From: Planctomycetota bacterium | GTDB lineage: Bacteria > Planctomycetota > Phycisphaerae > Sedimentisphaerales > Anaerobacaceae | Direction of reading: 5' to 3' | Assembly (NCBI GenBank): GCA_023139715.1 | Contig: JAGLNB010000002.1 | Span: 1-59,785 of the forward strand | Length of the DNA: 59,785 nt | Shown here: in pieces, positions 40,703 to 50,159 of the stretch | How the letters are laid out: each line of letters opens with the position of its first letter | Position numbering within the stretch: position 1 is the first letter of the stretch | Notes under the pieces: model-generated | Seen by the model: only the letters and a program-made list of their open reading frames with translations | Databases searched by the model: none | What the model was told of the DNA's origin: nothing | Translations under genes and position numbers: made by a program

Positions 40703-42901
40703 TCACTTCGATTCCATATAAAACATGGTCATGCATAATCCAGTAATCCTACACTCCCCATTATTTGAGCCAGTGGGGACTATTCTTATCTTTTTTAAGT
40801 CTGTAGTCGCAGAGATGTATGATACCATTGGAATATCATACTCACTTGAAGTTCCAAGAGTATGACCTATTGCAGTCTCTATATCTGATGTTTTGTCAAC
40901 GAATCCCGCCCCATCATCTACCCATATTGCAATATCTGTTAAAGAATCTGCCTGTTTAGTAATGGTAAAATCTACACCGTGGGTGTGTGCTGCCTCAGAT
41001 TCACCAGATTGTATTGCAGATAATTGTTGATTAGCTATTAATTTGTTCGTACCATTTTGAGTTTGCACCCCAACATATCCAATTGCAGAACCACCAGCAG
41101 CATTGAGTGTGGGTGCAACAACCTGAATGCCGTGTGTATGTGATGAACCGCCAGAGGTGGTGCCAGAGAATGCCCGATAATCATCTATAATATATGTTAA
41201 TTTAATTCGGTTAATGAATATCACTTCTGAAGGAAGTTCAAACCACATCTCATAAGGTGTGGTATTATCACAGATGTCTGGGAAGTTTACTACAATAAGG
41301 TTAGTGGCACCAAGTCCGTTAAGGTTAGACAAATCAGAATCCCGCTCGATCCGTGCAAGTGCCTGAGATATATCTTCCTCTGGTGTGTAGAATTCCATCC
41401 TGATGACTTTATCCTCTAAGTTCCGCATAATCTTTTTTACTCGGAGCGTGGAGTCTACACCTTGCTTTCGATCAATTATACGAATCCAGTCACCTAATCC
41501 ATCCCCCGTAACGTACTTTAGGAAATCTACATCAAGCGTTTTAACAGATGCCACTGGTGCCGCAAAATCTAAGATGGCTTTCGCTGTGGCAATTGCTATG
41601 TCTGTACTTACAATCCCCGTATCGACATATGGCTTGCCTTCCATGACACCAACATCTCCCTGGCTGGTTGTAGCTATCGCATGGGTACAGTCTGCGTTTG
41701 TACCGTCGAAGCCCTGGCTGCGATCATTATCTGGTTCATTGATGTCAATCCAGGGTACACACACCTGTATTTGGTTAATACCGTCACCAGCGCCGAATAC
41801 TCTTTGACGATTAACGACTTTCATGGTAACTTTAGTTTCTGCTGCAATTTCTGTTTCGACTCCGGCGGAGTATGTAGAGCTTGGTGATCCTACTGAACCA
41901 CAACCACGTTCACCAACATCTAAACTTAAACTAGATGTTTGAGAGTAAATCCTGAACATAGCATCGTGACTACTATAGACTGTCCATGAGCTCCCGCTGT
42001 TCGTACTAAATACCCAAGTACCACCGGCATATGCTGGTGATGTACTGTCCAGTCCCATTCTATATGAACTGCTGCCACTCGTCGGTGCTTTAACTTGCAA
42101 ATGATATTTTACACTAGATGATAACGAATATGGAGTTAATGATACTTCTTTCCATGAATATGATGTATTATTGAATGCGGTTATAACTCCACTGGTCAAC
42201 TCTGCGCCAGTCGGTTTGCCTGCCCCGTCGTCTGCTCTAATTGATATTGAAATATCGTTATATGTTCCAGACACATATTTAATATATACTCCTATTTTAT
42301 TAATATCAAAACCAGATGAGGGTGTAAATGATTGTGTCCACCAATCTGTACCACCAAATAATGAACTTGTATTATAATTTGTATCAGGATATTCAATTTC
42401 TAAATTTGATCCATATTCAACCCAAAAATCCTTGTCGTTCTGAGCGCAGATAGTAGCAATTGCCCTAAGTAGATTCTCATGTGAAAACCTAGCAGTCCCA
42501 GACAAAGTATCCGAATAATCAATGGTACCAACAACGACCTTGGTTGAATACCCCACCAACGCATTAATGATGGTGCTGCCAGTCTGGTTAATCCACTGGG
42601 CGTCCCTGGGTGTCCTTTCATCGAGCAATAGAACTTTGTAGTCCCTGCCTTTCAAGATTAAATCTACTCCGTCTGGTTCGACCCATTCCAAGAATCCACC
42701 GAATATCTGTGTTCCGTCCTTGTCGTTGATGAGTACTTCATGTGATGCAAGTAAATGACCGCCGTGCCCAATGGCTGACCGGACCGACGCAGATGGTCCA
42801 TTCAACCGACAGGAGAACATATCAAATACGTTGTTCTCACTTTCGACTTTCAAATCTGTGACTATATACTCGGTGCCATTGAAAGAGAACGTTTCTGGCA
42901 T
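40703..42901 (-). CDS. tail-associated / baseplate hub protein (Tal-like)
   Basis: 732 aa, immediately downstream of Dit. Confidence 0.55.
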   Translation of the reverse strand: MPETFSFNGTEYIVTDLKVESENNVFDMFSCRLNGPSASVRSAIGHGGHLLASHEVLINDKDGTQIFGGFLEWVEPDGVDLILKGRDYKVLLLDERTPRDAQWINQTGSTIINALVGYSTKVVVGTIDYSDTLSGTARFSHENLLRAIATICAQNDKDFWVEYGSNLEIEYPDTNYNTSSLFGGTDWWTQSFTPSSGFDINKIGVYIKYVSGTYNDISISIRADDGAGKPTGAELTSGVITAFNNTSYSWKEVSLTPYSLSSSVKYHLQVKAPTSGSSSYRMGLDSTSPAYAGGTWVFSTNSGSSWTVYSSHDAMFRIYSQTSSLSLDVGERGCGSVGSPSSTYSAGVETEIAAETKVTMKVVNRQRVFGAGDGINQIQVCVPWIDINEPDNDRSQGFDGTNADCTHAIATTSQGDVGVMEGKPYVDTGIVSTDIAIATAKAILDFAAPVASVKTLDVDFLKYVTGDGLGDWIRIIDRKQGVDSTLRVKKIMRNLEDKVIRMEFYTPEEDISQALARIERDSDLSNLNGLGATNLIVVNFPDICDNTTPYEMWFELPSEVIFINRIKLTYIIDDYRAFSGTTSGGSSHTHGIQVVAPTLNAAGGSAIGYVGVQTQNGTNKLIANQQLSAIQSGESEAAHTHGVDFTITKQADSLTDIAIWVDDGAGFVDKTSDIETAIGHTLGTSSEYDIPMVSYISATTDLKKIRIVPTGSNNGECRITGLCMTMFYMESK

Positions 42902-42903
42902 TT

Positions 42904-43512
42904 CTAATTACCCCGATAAGATATTATTCCGGTCTGCTGAAAATGCATCATGACTTCGATGATACTACCCTTTTTACCTGCGCCAATGTACTTTACATCT
43001 AAATGGTGAACTAAGTATTGGTGATCTGCGTCTGTGGTCCCCATCTCTAAGACCAGTGGTGCTAAATCATCCTGGGTATATGTGCCGTCGAATCCGGAGT
43101 AATCCATTTTCAGGTTGAGTAATATCAGCAGTTCGGTTAGGTCTGCCACAGACGTTAAGTATCCAAGGATTACTAAGTCATCCGGCTGCCTACCCATCGA
43201 AATATTAATACCACCTTCATAAAGCGCAAACCGTTTGTATTTACCCCGTGGTACTATCTTAATATCCTTTCTAACTGGGTTTCGTTGTGCTGGAAAAGTG
43301 AACAGTGTACTCCCAGTAACAACCTCATAATAATCATCTACTGACACCCCATCTGTGGACATCGTGGCTGCTGACCCGTCCATATCTTCCACAGTTAATG
43401 TGTTTGTTGCTGTGTCAGTAACCTTGTAGGCATTGCCGTGTGCTGTTCCAGACAATATCTTGACAAAACCTCCGTTGAACTGGTCTGTTGTGAAACTGCC
43501 TGTATCAGTCAA
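42904..43512 (-). CDS. distal tail protein (Dit) candidate
   Basis: Position after the tape measure gene; the track start is TTG; the in-frame open extension to 43692 lacks a start codon. Confidence 0.5.
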   Translation of the reverse strand: MTDTGSFTTDQFNGGFVKILSGTAHGNAYKVTDTATNTLTVEDMDGSAATMSTDGVSVDDYYEVVTGSTLFTFPAQRNPVRKDIKIVPRGKYKRFALYEGGINISMGRQPDDLVILGYLTSVADLTELLILLNLKMDYSGFDGTYTQDDLAPLVLEMGTTDADHQYLVHHLDVKYIGAGKKGSIIEVMMHFQQTGIISYRGN

Positions 43513-43699
43513 TATAGTTTCTGCAATGCCTGTGACTTTACCGCCGAACCGTTCTGTGGTGGTTTTTGTGGACAGTGTTAATGCTGTGACTGACCACGGC
43601 GCATACAGTGCCTTTCCTGCTGCTTCGTTTGCGACCGCATCAAGACCATTAGGATATCCCAGGCGCCAGTTGCTTATGCTACCATCTCCAGTTTATTCA

Positions 43700-44815
43700 T
43701 TAAAATGCACCCCAAGACGCACGTTGAGCTTGACGTCTGCTTGTAAGTTCTATAAAGTCATCGATATCTAACCCATTGGTCAAAATAAATTGTGCACCAT
43801 CGTAATTATTATTAATAGTAGTATCTCCGCCACCAAAACTGCTTGCCGATTCAGTGCCTTTCATTCCAACAGACTCCCCCGCTTCAAGCCAGTGTGGACC
43901 TGTGTATGACGCAAAGCCACCAACTGCGTGCCGAGTCGCACCAGCCGAGGACATAGCAGAACCCCATGCGCTAGCATATCTTTTAATTGAACCAACAACA
44001 TCAGTCAGTTCATCTTTAAGATATCCTAAATTTCGTTTAATTCTTGTAATGTCTTCATCGAATGCGGTCCAGCCCGTTCCGAATACTAATGCTGAAACCG
44101 CTGCACCAAGCGCATGTACTGCAGATGCAACGATCTGATATATGTTTGCAAGAATACTACCATTCACAACCCATTGCTCGATCCTTTCATCCAGTTTTTC
44201 ACCAATCGCGAACAAACCAGTGAATTCAGCTATTGTGGCAGTAATCCACCCAATCAACATACCCAAAGATGCAGCAGCAAGCACCGGCAATGCAATGAAT
44301 CTGCCGAACCACATAACCACTGGAACCAATGCATTCCATACACCGACAAGTAATGCTTTCAATGCGCCAAATTTTCCGAGAATCCCGGCAAGACCAAGAC
44401 CACCAAGCAACATTCCACCAATCACAGTAAGCCACGTGATTAATGCTTGTGCTTCTGGGTTTAGTTCTTTAAACCAGTGATATAAATCACCAAATTTCTC
44501 CGCCACCCACTCCATCGCAGGACCAAGTGTCTCATCCATAATCAAAGCGATTAATTCCAAATACATGTGGATAATCTCAAGCTGCGTGCCAACCCTTGGC
44601 ATAGTCATAAGAAGCGCAGCGAAACCACCAACTCCTATCATCCCAAGAAACTTTGATAACATCTTAGTTTGATTAGACATCCTAAACATTTCAGTAGTGG
44701 TACTCTTGACATGTTCGGTGACTGTCCGTAACTCGGTCTTAACCTTCGCTAGACTTGAAAACAAATTCATATCTTTGAACAGCCCGACGATTTCCATACT
44801 TCCTACTTCAACCAT
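43700..44815 (-). CDS. tape measure protein
   Basis: Long helical, hydrophobic, Gly/Ala-rich protein after the G/GT chaperones. Confidence 0.75.
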   Translation of the reverse strand: MVEVGSMEIVGLFKDMNLFSSLAKVKTELRTVTEHVKSTTTEMFRMSNQTKMLSKFLGMIGVGGFAALLMTMPRVGTQLEIIHMYLELIALIMDETLGPAMEWVAEKFGDLYHWFKELNPEAQALITWLTVIGGMLLGGLGLAGILGKFGALKALLVGVWNALVPVVMWFGRFIALPVLAAASLGMLIGWITATIAEFTGLFAIGEKLDERIEQWVVNGSILANIYQIVASAVHALGAAVSALVFGTGWTAFDEDITRIKRNLGYLKDELTDVVGSIKRYASAWGSAMSSAGATRHAVGGFASYTGPHWLEAGESVGMKGTESASSFGGGDTTINNNYDGAQFILTNGLDIDDFIELTSRRQAQRASWGAF

Positions 44816-45388
44816 GATTCTGCTGACTCCTTTCTTTTGCCTTGATGGTATTTATCACAATTTCTAACGCTTCGATATTCCGGTTGTCTTCGGCCTCAAT
44901 CTCTGATGGTAATTTCTTTTGTTGGTAGGCCAATCCTGCCACCCTAACCAAATGTATCACACTTGGATGAGTGAACTCAGTTAGGACCGCTTCGATAAAA
45001 AACCTTTTTCCTCCTTGGTAATATATGACTTTGCCATGACTTCCCTAGATATATCATCCCGCAGGTCAGGGTGCATAGATGATATGGCTTCCAACTTCTC
45101 AGCGTCGGATAGTTCCAGCCAGGTCTTGCCATTAAACGTAGTATTGATATCCAACAGACCAATTTTGATGATCTCTTCAGCCAATCCGGATGTGTCAATC
45201 TCTACATCTTGTCCGACCATACTCACAAATCCCTCTTTCATAGAATCAGCTTCTTTGTTGGTCATAACTTTGAGTTTTAGATTCAGGGTAGCTCCCTGGA
45301 ACTCTATTGATTTTAGAACTTCGCCTCTTGGTACAAAGAGTATAGACTCTGGTACCATTTTTGTGTTTTCTTTTTTGTCACTTGACAT
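44808..45388 (-). CDS. tail assembly chaperone -1 frameshift product (GT)
   Basis: After the slip at 45002-44996 the -1 frame stays open for 62 codons, to TGA 44810-44808, just inside the TMP start. Confidence 0.65.
44981..45388 (-). CDS. tail assembly chaperone (G)
   Basis: Position upstream of the tape measure gene; slippery site near the 3' end. Confidence 0.7.
   Translation of the reverse strand: MSSDKKENTKMVPESILFVPRGEVLKSIEFQGATLNLKLKVMTNKEADSMKEGFVSMVGQDVEIDTSGLAEEIIKIGLLDINTTFNGKTWLELSDAEKLEAISSMHPDLRDDISREVMAKSYITKEEKGFLSKRS
44996..45002 (-). promoter_or_regulatory. -1 programmed frameshift slippery heptamer T TTT TTA
   Basis: GGT TTT TTA TCG in the zero frame, 5 codons before the G stop. 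Confidence 0.65.
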
Positions 45389-45496
45389 GATGTTTTACCT
45401 CTTGGTATTTATTTGCGCCGTGAATGGGGGGTATTTGTGCTTTAATTGCCTCTTGGCACATAGCACTATGATTTTAAGCCCACCCATAAAAAATGA

Positions 45497-45570
45497 TTGC
45501 TGATGTCATATCTCAAGGGTGGGTACTTTAATATATGATTATAACATATTAATAGTTGCTGATGTCATAT
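45497..45570. repeat. 15-nt direct repeat pair flanking the HNH gene start
   Basis: TTGCTGATGTCATAT at 45497-45511 and 45556-45570; CCCACCC/GGGTGGG inverted repeat at 45479-45485 / 45517-45523. Confidence 0.7.
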
Positions 45571-45961
45571 GACTGAAATTCCAAAGTGCCATAAATGTGG
45601 ATGTACGGATAAGAAACTAATCCACCACCATAGAAGTTACGAACCCGAAGTTGTTGTGTTGATGTGTGTGTCTTGTCATAAATTATTACATAATAAATTA
45701 CGACGAACAAATCAATGCAATATGGCTCCCAGTGAATTATCTAAAAAATCTATACAATCAGAAAGCAATCGCTTAAACAATCTCAAACGAATTAAAAAAT
45801 ATGAAATATTACATAATAAATTTGAATTTACATTTGATACTATATTGATACCATATATTCGGCTTAGAGAGGGGGTTCGTGTTTGGGATAATGGAACTAC
45901 GATTACGTTCTATTCTAATTTTATGAGTAGTATGAAATTAACGTATATCAAAATAAAATAA
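45569..45961 (+). CDS. HNH endonuclease (free-standing, opposite strand in the tail module)
   Basis: CHKCGC..IHHHRSYEP..CVSCHKLLH; AT-rich. Confidence 0.75.
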   Translation: MTEIPKCHKCGCTDKKLIHHHRSYEPEVVVLMCVSCHKLLHNKLRRTNQCNMAPSELSKKSIQSESNRLNNLKRIKKYEILHNKFEFTFDTILIPYIRLREGVRVWDNGTTITFYSNFMSSMKLTYIKIK

Positions 45962-46004
45962 GAAAATGGTTTTAAAACCACATTCTTTTATATAATTTAT
46001 TTGA

Positions 46005-47000
46005 TTATGCACACGCCACATCATAATCTATTGAAGTTTCAGCCAGTTCCACAATATCCACACTTGTAACCTTAAGTGCAATGTCCTGTATGACTAATCC
46101 TTGTGTGATATCTATAGGTTCACTTGCCTTTTCAACTTTGACACCGTTCAACGTCAATGTTATTGAGTGAGTACCGTTTGTTGTTTTTATAAAGCAGTTT
46201 GAAACTGTGGCTCCTGCCTTGAACAAATCCCATATTGCTGCATTACTCATCTTTACGGTTATGCCTGCATCCCATAGTTTAACCTGTGGTGCCGGTTGTG
46301 CGATGAGTTCACCGACTGCAGTATCCATCGACTCATCAACTTGAAGTTGATTGTCGAATCCAAGTCTAGCCTGAGTGATATATGGACTGATATCCACATT
46401 ATTTATTTTAAGAGTCACATCAGAACTCTTATACGGCCTGATATTTGCGGATGTGTATTTCTTCAGTCCAGATGCCGCTGCCTGATACGCCTTGTATGAT
46501 GTAATCTTGACAGCGTTCTGTGCCACGAAATCGGCATTATAGCGCATCCAGTCGCCCTTTGTAAATACGAAATCACCTTTGTTACACATAACACCAGTAT
46601 ATTCTTTTCCGAAGTCTGTTGTATTGTGCAGGTGCCCGGCCTGGAAACTCATTGATTGCATGACATCAGCCTGTGCAAATGTGTGAGTGTATGGATCTGA
46701 TGCGCCAGTCATAGTATCAGTCATTCCCATACACAACATCGGGAATCGCATGTGCTGGACCAACATCTCCATAGTCCCGCCGAACTTTGGAACCATAGGG
46801 TAGTATTCACCGACAGTGTTTACATCTACGCCGTCCATCGGGTTAAGTGGTTCGAGTGTTTGTGAGTCTGAATCGGTGAATTTTTGTACCAATCCTGGCC
46901 ATGCATATGTCACAGCTGTATTCTTCGTCCCGTAGGCTACATTTTCAACTGCATAGTTGAAGACTGACCTGCGACCCAAAAAGTATTCGGTTGATACCAT
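46005..47000 (-). CDS. major tail protein candidate
   Basis: 331 aa, between the terminator-like gene and the chaperones; no sheath gene present. Confidence 0.55.
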   Translation of the reverse strand: MVSTEYFLGRRSVFNYAVENVAYGTKNTAVTYAWPGLVQKFTDSDSQTLEPLNPMDGVDVNTVGEYYPMVPKFGGTMEMLVQHMRFPMLCMGMTDTMTGASDPYTHTFAQADVMQSMSFQAGHLHNTTDFGKEYTGVMCNKGDFVFTKGDWMRYNADFVAQNAVKITSYKAYQAAASGLKKYTSANIRPYKSSDVTLKINNVDISPYITQARLGFDNQLQVDESMDTAVGELIAQPAPQVKLWDAGITVKMSNAAIWDLFKAGATVSNCFIKTTNGTHSITLTLNGVKVEKASEPIDITQGLVIQDIALKVTSVDIVELAETSIDYDVACA

Positions 47001-47284
47001 CAGACACCACCCATACTCACTTTATCAAGTTTGTGGTCTCCACACCAATCATCTGGGAATACGGCGGGATATCCTTGCATTGTTGGTGCATGTCGTCTGC
47101 ATCGAGTATTCACATGCCACATGCATGTTTCACATCGCATGCCTTCGCTTCTGTGCTTCCAAGGATCTGCTATTTTTTTTCTTGCTGCTGTTTGGGCTGT
47201 TATTACTGGTTGCGTTGCCTCTATTTTATATGTGCATGTTTCACAATCAGGTACATCTGTAGCACGTTCTGTGTTTGCTTCCAT
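47000..47284 (-). CDS. Cys-rich small protein in the tail module
   Basis: CETC..x..CETC..C..C..H cluster. Confidence 0.6.
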   Translation of the reverse strand: MEANTERATDVPDCETCTYKIEATQPVITAQTAARKKIADPWKHRSEGMRCETCMWHVNTRCRRHAPTMQGYPAVFPDDWCGDHKLDKVSMGGV

Positions 47285-47330
47285 GTTGTTTTACCTCTTG
47301 GTTTATTTTTTATATTATCAGCCGCTTGGC

Positions 47331-48074
47331 CTAATCATTAATATTTATGCCTGTGAACTTAATTTGTAACTCACATCTCTTAATTCTTCCGCCTATCTCG
47401 TCCATTATGCTGGACTTCCTCACATTGATATAATCGAATAAGGTAGGAACTGTTGCAGTCCTCCAGTTATCACGAAGATAAATGTGGCATTCGTCGCAAA
47501 TGTACTCGCAGAGCGTATCACCCTCCAGCTTCCTTACATAATCCACATAGAAGTCCGTTGTATCGTCTGGGTTATCCCCTCCTGGACTCCAGTCAATCGA
47601 ATCATATCGGCCGTCTGAATCGTTGTCTATGAGTAAGTAGTCGGTGGTTTCAACAAAAGTATGTGCTGCGCTTGATAGGGTGCCTGTAACCTCAGTAATC
47701 CCAGTAATCGGCGTTTCATCAAGAGCATATTCGTCTGTGCCGGATGCAAAAGTATGAGATTCATTCGTGACAGTATTCACAGCAATAAGTGGCTTTGTCT
47801 TGATGGTATATGTATTGATAAGAAGTGTGACAGAATCCTCTGTTTCAGTACCACCCATCCCGATATCTCCTAGTGATGATGTGTCCATCCTAGTGACTGA
47901 TATTCGTGGGAAGTTGTTTTCATTGTCCACCATTGCAGATAATAATGGCCGATCAGGATAAATCCAGTTGGCTGATAATCCAGCCGCCGCCCTGGCAGTA
48001 GCATTAGGATCTGTGATGTTTGCCCGAAGTAGTCCTGTGATGAACTCCTGCGGTGATACTCTACTATCAGTCAT
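47331..48074 (-). CDS. tail terminator / neck protein candidate
   Basis: Gene order; ATGA overlap with the gp10-like gene. Confidence 0.45.
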   Translation of the reverse strand: MTDSRVSPQEFITGLLRANITDPNATARAAAGLSANWIYPDRPLLSAMVDNENNFPRISVTRMDTSSLGDIGMGGTETEDSVTLLINTYTIKTKPLIAVNTVTNESHTFASGTDEYALDETPITGITEVTGTLSSAAHTFVETTDYLLIDNDSDGRYDSIDWSPGGDNPDDTTDFYVDYVRKLEGDTLCEYICDECHIYLRDNWRTATVPTLFDYINVRKSSIMDEIGGRIKRCELQIKFTGININD

Positions 48075-48619
48075 TCGGAGAACTCCTCCCTGAATACTGT
48101 CGATGATATGTTCTGTGCATGTTCTAACGCTTTCCTGAATGGTGCCATCTCATCAAGTGATACTATCATCCCACCTTTTGAAATAACAATCTCTTCCCGG
48201 GTCTTCCTAGATGGCCGTTTCAACGCCCTACCAGATTTACCGATTGCTTCAAAGCCCAGATCATCAAAGTGTAATATGGCCCATTTACCTAAAGATGTCA
48301 AACTTCCGCCTGCATCAACAAACGGAACAAAATGCTTTTCAGTACCGAACTCGTGATATTTTCCATAAGGTACACTATCATTAAGCCTGAATCCATAACC
48401 GCCTTCTATCACAGTGGAATGTACACCATCCCGGAATAGTCCAGAGTTTACGCCTTGGCTGTGTCCTGAACTTTTCGTAAATGTATCAATGGTTTCTTTG
48501 GCGTCTACTTCAGATTCTATTCCTACCCGTTGCATACCTTTCTGGATGTGCTCCTGTGCGCCCATAGAATAAGTATCTATATTTTTATCCAGTTCTATAA
48601 AATTAATACTAAGTTGCAT
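48071..48619 (-). CDS. HK97 gp10-family head-tail joining protein
   Basis: GLFRDGVHSTVIEGGYGFRLNDSVPYGKYHEFGT pattern; start at MQLSIN after GGGAGGT. Confidence 0.6.
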   Translation of the reverse strand: MQLSINFIELDKNIDTYSMGAQEHIQKGMQRVGIESEVDAKETIDTFTKSSGHSQGVNSGLFRDGVHSTVIEGGYGFRLNDSVPYGKYHEFGTEKHFVPFVDAGGSLTSLGKWAILHFDDLGFEAIGKSGRALKRPSRKTREEIVISKGGMIVSLDEMAPFRKALEHAQNISSTVFREEFSE

Positions 48620-49016
48620 ACGGAACCTCCCGCAGTTCACAGGTCATCAAAACCGGGTTGTCAATATCGCGATCCACATACAAGATGTTTACCACCACAT
48701 ACATGCTGTTATCACCATCAGATGTATCGAGTATCTTGTCGTCCACCTCTGGCATCGTTGCACTTGAGCCAGTCCACAGGAACACACCCCTTATCTGCCG
48801 GTCCTCCATCTTCCCAGCGAACTTATCATCGTTTTTGAAGGATACCGCAGATATTACACCCTTGATGGTGCTGTCTGTCTTGGATACGCTTATAGGATGA
48901 CCGTTTGGGTCATTGACAACGGTCTCCTTGCGTAGGGTCATATCAATGCCTTCCCAGCGTCCGAATATCTGGTCCATGTGCTTTGACAGTCCCTTAATCT
49001 GCGTAGAGGTGGTCAT
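48609..49016 (-). CDS. head closure / head-tail adaptor protein
   Basis: Size and gene order. Confidence 0.5.
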   Translation of the reverse strand: MTTSTQIKGLSKHMDQIFGRWEGIDMTLRKETVVNDPNGHPISVSKTDSTIKGVISAVSFKNDDKFAGKMEDRQIRGVFLWTGSSATMPEVDDKILDTSDGDNSMYVVVNILYVDRDIDNPVLMTCELREVPYAT

Positions 49017-49017
49017 T

Positions 49018-49941
49018 TCAAATTACCAATGTGCTTGTTCGGAGCTGTCCGATTGCTTTTATAAGTCTATCCTTTTCATCCTTATGTTTTTCAATTGCCC
49101 TCGTCATGTTCATATATGGCTCGCCCACCCCGATTGTAACACCCGAAGGAAGGGAATAACTCGTTACATCATCATATGTGCCACCAATCTGATCAATCAG
49201 TACCCGCATTGCTGAAATGGTCGCAGATAATGCAGCAATGTTCGTAGGAACCGCAGTATACCCATACGTATACACTACCTTAACCCTATGATTCTGTTGT
49301 GCAAAGGTCTTTGATACAAGCCTGATACGCCCCATTCCAGAATCAAGCCAGTAGTCAGAAGCGGTCCAAGTGGTTATCAGTGTGCTGCCTGTATCGTATG
49401 ATTCCAGGGATGTAATTGATTGTACCGGGCGCTTATCCAAGAAGATTGTATCTATATCTTCATCCTCGTCCAGGTTCTCGATGTCAATCCATTCTGTTTC
49501 TGTTGTGGCATTAGCAAATGACTTCTGATACATCGCCCGGATCTCTGCATCGGATTCCTTAATGAAATCTGCAACATCACCCTCACCAATTACAGTAGAA
49601 TCAATGCCTGCTTTTCGATATACGTCCATGGTAGTACTGTACAGACCACTATCAAACGCATCCACTGTGAAATACTTATAATCCTCAATCTTTGCGGTTG
49701 CTGTCGACGGAGTAAACGCATAACTCCAATCGCCATATGCGGCGTCTGCTGGGATTGTGAAAATGTAATAATACACACCTTCTGATTCTCTAGTTAGATC
49801 TCCTATGGCCTTTGTGGTGTTTGCAGTTCCATCTGGATCATAGATTACAAGTGCCAGTGTGGTCGCATCCTGTGCATTGCCATCTTCGTCTAAGATAGTG
49901 GTTTTGCATTCAATATTTTCACCACGTCTATATTTTGTCAT
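49018..49941 (-). CDS. head-tail connector (gp6-like) with N-terminal Ig-like domain
   Basis: N-terminal beta-sandwich-like segment; gene order. Confidence 0.45.
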   Translation of the reverse strand: MTKYRRGENIECKTTILDEDGNAQDATTLALVIYDPDGTANTTKAIGDLTRESEGVYYYIFTIPADAAYGDWSYAFTPSTATAKIEDYKYFTVDAFDSGLYSTTMDVYRKAGIDSTVIGEGDVADFIKESDAEIRAMYQKSFANATTETEWIDIENLDEDEDIDTIFLDKRPVQSITSLESYDTGSTLITTWTASDYWLDSGMGRIRLVSKTFAQQNHRVKVVYTYGYTAVPTNIAALSATISAMRVLIDQIGGTYDDVTSYSLPSGVTIGVGEPYMNMTRAIEKHKDEKDRLIKAIGQLRTSTLVI

Positions 49942-50159
49942 TAAGATACCTCTAGTGTTTGGCTTATTATTCCTGAATCTGTATTCGTTTGTGAGATTAT
50001 TCCTGTGTCGGTGTTTATCTGTGTGATTATTCCAGAGTCTGAAAGTATTTGTGTAATTCCTTCATATTCTATAAAAGCATAATCCGGCCAGTAATCATCT
50101 ACCCAATAATCTTTTGGCCAATATGTTGTAGGCCAATACCCGGCCGTTAATAATCCCAT
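49941..50159 (-). CDS. small repeat protein (YWP and D(S/T)GII(S/T)Q repeats)
   Basis: GYWPTTYWPKDYWVDDYWPDY then DSGIITQ / DTGIISQ / DSGIISQ. Confidence 0.6.
   Translation of the reverse strand: MGLLTAGYWPTTYWPKDYWVDDYWPDYAFIEYEGITQILSDSGIITQINTDTGIISQTNTDSGIISQTLEVS

Noticed and set aside
43675-43700. -1 ribosomal frameshift joining MNKLEMVA to the Dit frame
   Set aside because: The frames are compatible, but there is no X XXY YYZ slippery heptamer. An indel or an odd start is more parsimonious.
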